Of a DNA stretch of 64,000 nucleotides, positions 57,023 to 64,000 are shown piece after piece. The notes below the pieces were generated by a model that was given only the letters and a program-made list of their open reading frames with translations, searched no databases and was not told the DNA's origin. This DNA comes from Myxococcota bacterium (GTDB lineage: Bacteria > Myxococcota_A > Polyangia > Nannocystales > Nannocystaceae). Position 1 is the first letter of the stretch; every line of letters starts with the position of its first letter. The stretch is from assembly GCA_039028615.1 (NCBI GenBank), contig JBCCHT010000022.1, forward strand, positions 96,001 through 160,000, read 5' to 3'. A program made the translations under genes and the position numbers.

Positions 57023-58111
57023 GTGACGACGACGAGTGCCAGAATGATGCGCCGCGAGGATGCGCCCGCCGTGGCCCGCATCGTTGCCGCCCGGCTCCGA
57101 TCGGGACGCGAGGTCGACCTCGATCTCGTCGCACGACGCCTCGTTCGTTCGTACTTCGATCACCCCTGGCCCGACCCCGAGATTCGCCCCTGGATCTGCG
57201 AGACCAGCACCGGGCAAATCATCGGATTTCTGGGCGTGACGGCCCGTCCACTGCGGTGGGGCCCGAGAACGCTGCGAGCCGCGATCATCGGCAACCTGGT
57301 CGTCGACGAGGAGCACGGCGGCGCCGGAGCGAGTCACACGATCATCAACGAGTTTCTGCAGGGCCCCCAAGACCTGGCGATCAGCGACCACGCCCTCGAC
57401 GTCACGCGAAAGATTTCAGACCGCTTCGGCGGCGCCACCATTCGCCTGCTCAGCCTCGACTGGGATCTCCAGCTGCGCCCCGCCACCATCACCCTCGATC
57501 GCCGGATCGGCCGCCGCTTCAATCGCATGGCCCAAGGGTTGGCGCCCGTCGCTAACGCCATCGACACCCTTGGGCGTCGCTTCGAGCGCGGGCCCTGGTG
57601 GGTCGAGCGCAACGAATGCGAAGTCCGCCCCCTGACCATGGCGCGGCTCGCCGAGCTCGTCTCGCACCTGGGCGGCGACTCCATCACCCCCATCTACGAC
57701 GCCGAGTCGCTCGCGTGGATCATGGCCACCCCTCGTGGCCACGGCGAAGGGCTGCGCGCCCGCGAGGTCCTCAACGAACGCGGACACACCCTGGGCTGCT
57801 TCGTGCACTACGTCGACCGCGACTCCGAGGTGCTGCACCTGGGCGCGGAACTCGGCGCCGGCGAGCGGGTCTTCGAGTGCCTCGTCGCCGATGCGATCTC
57901 GGCCAATGCCCGGGCCCTCAACGGGCGGATTTGCCCCCCGCTCATGCGAGAGATGTCGGCCAAGGGCGTGCGCTATCAGACCAACAGCTGGTTCATCCTG
58001 CACACCAAGCGCCCCGAGATCGTCGCCGCCTTCCACGGAGGCGACACGTATTTCTCGCGGCTCGACGGCGAGCGTTGGTCGATGCGCTTCGTCGACATCG
58101 CCGACGAGTGA
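57023..58111 (+). CDS. GNAT-family acyltransferase (tandem-GNAT size)
   Basis: GQIIGFLG...GNLVVDEEHGGAG motif-A-like segment; second GNAT-like half. Start uncertain (56984-57047). Confidence 0.65.
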   Translation: MTTTSARMMRREDAPAVARIVAARLRSGREVDLDLVARRLVRSYFDHPWPDPEIRPWICETSTGQIIGFLGVTARPLRWGPRTLRAAIIGNLVVDEEHGGAGASHTIINEFLQGPQDLAISDHALDVTRKISDRFGGATIRLLSLDWDLQLRPATITLDRRIGRRFNRMAQGLAPVANAIDTLGRRFERGPWWVERNECEVRPLTMARLAELVSHLGGDSITPIYDAESLAWIMATPRGHGEGLRAREVLNERGHTLGCFVHYVDRDSEVLHLGAELGAGERVFECLVADAISANARALNGRICPPLMREMSAKGVRYQTNSWFILHTKRPEIVAAFHGGDTYFSRLDGERWSMRFVDIADE

Positions 58112-58121
58112 GAAACCGTGT

Positions 58122-59021
58122 TCAGGCGGTGCTACTCGCGGCCACCCGAGGCGTGAACAGCCGCGCAATCCACTTGGGGTTGAAGCCGGAGAACGCGAAC
58201 GAGCTGGAGATGTGCACGTAGCTCCACAGGAAACACTGGAGCACCCAAAACTCGTAGGTCAGCGCGGAAAACACCCCAATGAGCGGGGTGAACACCAGAA
58301 AGAAGGCACTGACTGCGGCAGTTTGCCCCACGAACTTCACCCGCTGCTTCGTGTCGCGAAGTTGGTAGAGCGGCAGGTAGATCCACACGAACAAGTGATA
58401 GAAGGCCGCGTCGAAGAAGTGCACCTCGGTGAACAGCACGATGCACGAAGTCGCGACACCGGCCACTTCGAATCCGATGACATCGAGCAGGGCATTTCGT
58501 TCGAGTGACTTGGCCACTGGGACCAGGCAGATCACGAAGGCAACGAAACTCAGTCCGAGCACGCCGAACGCCATTACGAACGGAATCTCGACGACAGAGG
58601 TGACCCGGGGGTCGCGGATCATGATGGTGCAGAAGCCCACGAAGGCCAGCACCACGCGCGAAATCAACAGTCGCGTCTGCGCCGGATCGAGCGAACCCGC
58701 CTTGCGCCCCACCACCATGTAGCCCTCCGTCAACGCGTGATGTGAGCCGAAATACACATACAGAGCGAGTGGAGGAAGCAGCAGGAACGGCGGGAGCATC
58801 AGCACCGGAGGCAGCACGACCAGCGCGATGAAACCGGCGAGCACCAGAAACGAAATCTGCCCGGTCACCACCGGTTTGACGCGCCGACGCCCGTACCACC
58901 CCGCCAAAACGTAGTGTCCGAACAGTACGGCGACGAAGAGCGAAAAGTACGACCACGGATCGACCAGCCATCGTAGACCGAGGATGCTGGCGACACTGGC
59001 GATTCGAATTAGCGTGAACAT
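58122..59021 (-). CDS. Polytopic membrane protein with spaced His motifs, unknown function
   Basis: GAGGGG RBS; many hydrophobic helices; FGHY, GSHHALTE, FYHLF and YVHI. Confidence 0.7.
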   Translation of the reverse strand: MFTLIRIASVASILGLRWLVDPWSYFSLFVAVLFGHYVLAGWYGRRRVKPVVTGQISFLVLAGFIALVVLPPVLMLPPFLLLPPLALYVYFGSHHALTEGYMVVGRKAGSLDPAQTRLLISRVVLAFVGFCTIMIRDPRVTSVVEIPFVMAFGVLGLSFVAFVICLVPVAKSLERNALLDVIGFEVAGVATSCIVLFTEVHFFDAAFYHLFVWIYLPLYQLRDTKQRVKFVGQTAAVSAFFLVFTPLIGVFSALTYEFWVLQCFLWSYVHISSSFAFSGFNPKWIARLFTPRVAASSTA

Positions 59022-59179
59022 TGACCCCTCGCCTCCCCCTCGGCGCAACTGGTCACGCATTCACTTTTCATCACCGGTCGGAGTAGCTGAAAGCAGCAGG
59101 AGCGTCCAGCACAAATCCCCTCGACGCGGCTCGCGAAGCTTGCCGATCCGATCAGGGTGTGGTCCCTTAAACGCTCACC

Positions 59180-61252
59180 TTGCACTGGCGCAACCGCACT
59201 CCAATCGAAACTCGACGGTTCCTGTTCTCGCTGCTGCGACCGCACGTTCCTGGGCTTGCGGCCGACCTGAGCAACGCGGCGCAGAACACCGATAACGTGC
59301 CACTGCCCGCACTATGCGAAGCACTGGGACAGTACTTCGGGCGTCCGCCCATCGACACGCCGTCTTCGCTCGCCGACTTCCTCGCGCGTGCCGACGAGCT
59401 GTCGGCGGAGCATGCTGCGCTCCCCCCTCGGGAGGCGGCTCGAGTGAGTGCCGACGGGGGTTGGTCGCCGCGAGCCAACGGCGAAATCACACTGGTTGAA
59501 ATCCTTCGTAAGCGCGCCCGCGAGCAACCTTCGCGCGTGGCGTTCACGTGGCTCGCAGCCGGCGAGCGCGAGGACGGGCAGCTCACGTACGCGCAGCTCG
59601 AGGAGCGCGCCCGGGCCATCGCGGCCGAGCTGCAGTCGCGCACCGAGCCCGGCGACCGCGTGCTGCTGCTGTACGAAGGCGGCCTGCAATTCGTCGAGTC
59701 GTTCTTCGGCTGTCTGTTCGCCAAGGTCGTCGCCGTCCCGGCCTACCCGCCCGACCCCTACCGGCTGCAGCGGAGCCTCGATCGCCTGCTGGGCATCGTG
59801 CGTGACGCGGAGCCCACGCTCATCCTCACCACCGCCTCCATCATCGCCATTCGCGATGGCCTGAAGCTCGACCTCGGGCAAGACCTCGCCGGACTCGAGT
59901 GGCTCGCCACCGATGCGGTGGACACCGCGCGCAGCGAGCAGTGGGAGGCCCGCCTCGCGGTCCCGGCCGACCTGGCCATGATCCAGTACACCTCGGGGTC
60001 CACTGGGACCCCCAAGGGGGTCATGGTCAGCCACGCCAACCTCCTCTACAACGAGGAGATGATCCACCAGGCCTTCGAGACCCACCCGGGCTCGGTGGTG
60101 GTGGGCTGGCTGCCGCTGTTCCACGACATGGGTCTCATCGGCAACGTGCTGCAGCCGGTCTATACCGGCTTCCACAGCGTGCTGATGTCCCCGCTGGACT
60201 TCCTCAAAAAGCCCCTGCGGTGGCTGCAGGCGATCAGCAACTACGAGGCCACCATCGGCGGCGGCCCGAACTTCGCCTACGAGCTGTGCATTCGAAAGGT
60301 GAGCGACGAAGACCTCGCGTCGCTGAAGCTGTCGCAGTGGCAGGTCGCGTTCAACGGCGCCGAGCCCATCTTCGACGACACCCTCGAGCGCTTCCGGGCC
60401 CGCTTCGCCCCCTGTGGCTTCCGACGCCAGGCCTTCTACCCGTGCTACGGGTTGGCCGAGACCACGCTCATCCTGACGGGCGGAGCACGCAACACCGAGC
60501 CGGTCTGCGTGCGCGTCGACGCCGAAGCCCTCGGCCATGGCCGCGCCGTGCTCGTCGAAGGCGAGGGCAACGACAGCGTCACCCTGATGGGAAGCGGCCG
60601 CCAGCTCTTCGCGCAGGACTATCGCATCGTCGATCCCGAGACCAAGGCGGCCTGCGAAGACGGTCGCGTCGGCGAGATCTGGGCCAGCGGCCCCGCCATC
60701 GCCCAGGGCTACTTTCGCCGCGAAGACGCCACCGCCGAGGCCTTCGGACACCGCGTCGCGGGCGACGACGGCACGGGCCCGCAGTTTCTACGCACGGGTG
60801 ACCTCGGCTTCGTCCTCGACGACGAGCTTTTCGTCACCGGGCGGATCAAGGACGTCATGATCCTCCGCGGGCGTAACCACTACCCGCAGGACCTCGAGCG
60901 CACCATCGCCGGCTCGCACGCGGCGCTTCGGCCGGGCTCCACCGCGTGCTTCACCGTTCGTCACGACGGCGAGCAAAAACCGGTGGCGGTGCAGGAGTTC
61001 AAAAAGGGCACCGCTCGGGAGACTCACGCCGACATCTTCGGCTCCGTGCGCGAGGCGGTCGCCCGCGACCACGGCCTGCGCCTCCACGACGTGCTGCTCA
61101 TTCCCGCCGGCACCATCCCCAAGACCTCCAGCGGCAAGATCCGCCGCCGCAAGTGCATGAACATCTACCTCGCGCGCCTCCGGGCCGCGCCCGACGACGC
61201 CGTCGGGACGCTGATGCGAGCGCCGAAACCAACCGAGGCCGATCATGGCTGA
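59180..61252 (+). CDS. Fatty acyl-AMP ligase (FAAL)
   Basis: IQYTSGSTGTPKGVMVSH, WLPLFHDMGLIG, GGPNFAYELC, NGAEPI, PCYGLAETTL, FAAL insertion, FLRTGDLG, GRNHYPQDLE and IPKTSSGKIRR. Start uncertain. Confidence 0.92.
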   Translation: MHWRNRTPIETRRFLFSLLRPHVPGLAADLSNAAQNTDNVPLPALCEALGQYFGRPPIDTPSSLADFLARADELSAEHAALPPREAARVSADGGWSPRANGEITLVEILRKRAREQPSRVAFTWLAAGEREDGQLTYAQLEERARAIAAELQSRTEPGDRVLLLYEGGLQFVESFFGCLFAKVVAVPAYPPDPYRLQRSLDRLLGIVRDAEPTLILTTASIIAIRDGLKLDLGQDLAGLEWLATDAVDTARSEQWEARLAVPADLAMIQYTSGSTGTPKGVMVSHANLLYNEEMIHQAFETHPGSVVVGWLPLFHDMGLIGNVLQPVYTGFHSVLMSPLDFLKKPLRWLQAISNYEATIGGGPNFAYELCIRKVSDEDLASLKLSQWQVAFNGAEPIFDDTLERFRARFAPCGFRRQAFYPCYGLAETTLILTGGARNTEPVCVRVDAEALGHGRAVLVEGEGNDSVTLMGSGRQLFAQDYRIVDPETKAACEDGRVGEIWASGPAIAQGYFRREDATAEAFGHRVAGDDGTGPQFLRTGDLGFVLDDELFVTGRIKDVMILRGRNHYPQDLERTIAGSHAALRPGSTACFTVRHDGEQKPVAVQEFKKGTARETHADIFGSVREAVARDHGLRLHDVLLIPAGTIPKTSSGKIRRRKCMNIYLARLRAAPDDAVGTLMRAPKPTEADHG

Positions 61253-62255
61253 GACCGCCGACCCCGAGACCCCGCTCTCCGACGAAGCCAACGCGTCGAT
61301 CGGACGCCGCAGCGGCGGCATCGAGCGCCTCGATGCCCAGTTCGCCTACGTCACCTCGTTGTCGCCGCTGCTGATGACGATCTTGGCGTTCGCGCTGCTG
61401 CCCTTCGGGTTCATGGTCACGTGGGTCGAGGTGATGCTCTTCCTGGTGATGTACGTGCTCGTGATGATCGGGCTCGAGGTCGGCTACCACCGCTACTTCT
61501 CGCATCACCCCTTCAAGGCGTCGCGACCGGTCAAGATCGGCCTGGCGGTCCTGGGCTCCATGGGCTTTCAGGGCCCCGTGATCTGGTGGGCGGCCACGCA
61601 TCGCCGACACCACCGCTACTCCGATCACGATGGCGACCCGCACTCCCCTCGCCGCACCGGTCCCGGCTGGCGCGGGGCGCTACGCGGGCTCTACGAGGGT
61701 CACATGGGCTGGCTCTTCGACAAGAACCGAGCCCGCCCCGACAACTGGTGGATCTACGCCAAAGACCTCTACGCCGACCCCGACATCTTCAAGATCCACT
61801 ACCACTACTTCTACTGGATGCTCTTCGGACTGGTGTTCCCCGCCGTCGTGGGCGGCCTGATCCACGGCACCTTGAAGGGCGCGTTCATGGGCCTTTTGTG
61901 GGGTGGCTTCGTGCGGGTGTTCTTCGGCGATCACTTCATTCGCACCGTGAACTCGGTGTCGCATGTCGTGGGCTCGCGCGCCTTCGAGACCACCGACAAT
62001 AGCCGCAACAACTTCTGGCTCGCGGTGCCGACCCTGGGCCAAGCCTGGCACCACAACCATCACGCGTTCCCGGCCATCGCCACCACCAAGATCGAGTGGT
62101 GGCAGGTCGACCTCGGCTACTGGGTCATCCGCTCGCTCGAGCTGGTCAAGCTCGTCTCGCGGGTCCGCCTGCCCACGCCGCAATCCATCGCCGCCAAGCG
62201 CATCGGCGCCGGGGCGGCCGCATCCCCCCAAGGAGAATCGAATGACGTCGCCTAA
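61245..62255 (+). CDS. Membrane fatty acid desaturase/acetylenase (Delta9/JamB-like)
   Basis: His boxes GYHRYFSH, HRRHH and WHHNHH; QGPVIWW; DGDPHSP; YAKDL. Overlaps the FAAL stop. Confidence 0.9.
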   Translation: MAETADPETPLSDEANASIGRRSGGIERLDAQFAYVTSLSPLLMTILAFALLPFGFMVTWVEVMLFLVMYVLVMIGLEVGYHRYFSHHPFKASRPVKIGLAVLGSMGFQGPVIWWAATHRRHHRYSDHDGDPHSPRRTGPGWRGALRGLYEGHMGWLFDKNRARPDNWWIYAKDLYADPDIFKIHYHYFYWMLFGLVFPAVVGGLIHGTLKGAFMGLLWGGFVRVFFGDHFIRTVNSVSHVVGSRAFETTDNSRNNFWLAVPTLGQAWHHNHHAFPAIATTKIEWWQVDLGYWVIRSLELVKLVSRVRLPTPQSIAAKRIGAGAAASPQGESNDVA

Positions 62256-62505
62256 CGACCGCACGCAGGAGATCACGGACTGGCTGGTCAAGACGGTCGC
62301 CAAGACCCTCGAGATTCCCGCGTTCGAGATCGACACCACCGCCTCCTTCGAGCGCTACGGCATGGACTCTTCGGCCGCGGTGCACATCGTGGGCGAGCTC
62401 GAGAAGTGGCTCGGTCGCAAGCTGCCGAGCAACCTGGCGTATCAGTACTCGTCGATCTCCGCGCTGGCGCAATTCATCGCGTCCTCCGAGCAGGCCGCGA
62501 GCTAG
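62242..62505 (+). CDS. Stand-alone acyl carrier protein (JamC-like)
   Basis: AGGAGA RBS; EITDWLV...FERYGMDSS...GELEKWLG with the phosphopantetheine Ser in GMDS. Confidence 0.92.
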   Translation: MTSPNDRTQEITDWLVKTVAKTLEIPAFEIDTTASFERYGMDSSAAVHIVGELEKWLGRKLPSNLAYQYSSISALAQFIASSEQAAS

Positions 62506-62824
62506 CCCCGCCATCGGCCGCAGCGCACCACGCCGCTGCTCGCGACGCCGAGCGGCGGCATTCGCATGCCGCGATTTCGACGGAGCGATGGATGCTCGTA
62601 CGCCCAAACCCACGGGTATGACAACCTCCTCGGTTTTCATTCAGCTCGGGTGACGATTTCCTCCGTTCGGCGAAAAAGGGCGGGCTCACGGCCCTTTGCC
62701 CCCGAGAAAAACGAGGTCGGCTGAATAATCCCCGCGAAACAAGCGATCCACGCTACGTCGCGCCACTGCGCTCGAAGCCCCTCCTGGAGCCGGCGCGACG
62801 AGGGATTTCGCCGTGCCCCAATCG

Positions 62825-64000
<1,176 letters not shown>

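Noticed and set aside
62640..62740. Possible c-di-GMP (GEMM) riboswitch
   Set aside because: A GGCAAA-like element exists on the minus strand, but the GAAA loop and GACGCAAA core are missing.

Overview
A 64-kb, very GC-rich, gene-dense chromosomal window that reads as a myxobacterium, probably Nannocystaceae-like. This assignment is inferred from two MYXO-CTERM proteins, many Cys-rich and FG-GAP lipoproteins, a Ser/Thr kinase, an AgmX/PglI-type and a DUF4388-type protein. About 50 CDSs are supportable. Housekeeping genes include glnE, miaB, queF, kptA, a dCMP deaminase, an N-terminal-only glmU-like gene, a PpiC-type isomerase, sppA, an S46 peptidase and tRNA-His(GTG). No rRNA, CRISPR array, transposase, integrase or phage gene was seen. 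The best candidates for undescribed systems are: (1) a stand-alone jamABC/ttuABC-like cassette (fatty acyl-AMP ligase, desaturase, ACP; 59180-62505) with no adjacent PKS/NRPS, flanked by a His-motif membrane protein and a GNAT acyltransferase in a partly lower-GC segment; (2) a small lipoprotein with four NPPPP motifs and two 4-Cys repeats overlapping a ferritin-like diiron enzyme (53498-54720), a possible protein-modification pair; (3) an Hsp90-paralog/TPR pair, a LysR-HAD-like-KptA locus and a thaumatin-family lipoprotein. All family calls come from motif recognition by eye, with no database search. Several start codons are best guesses.
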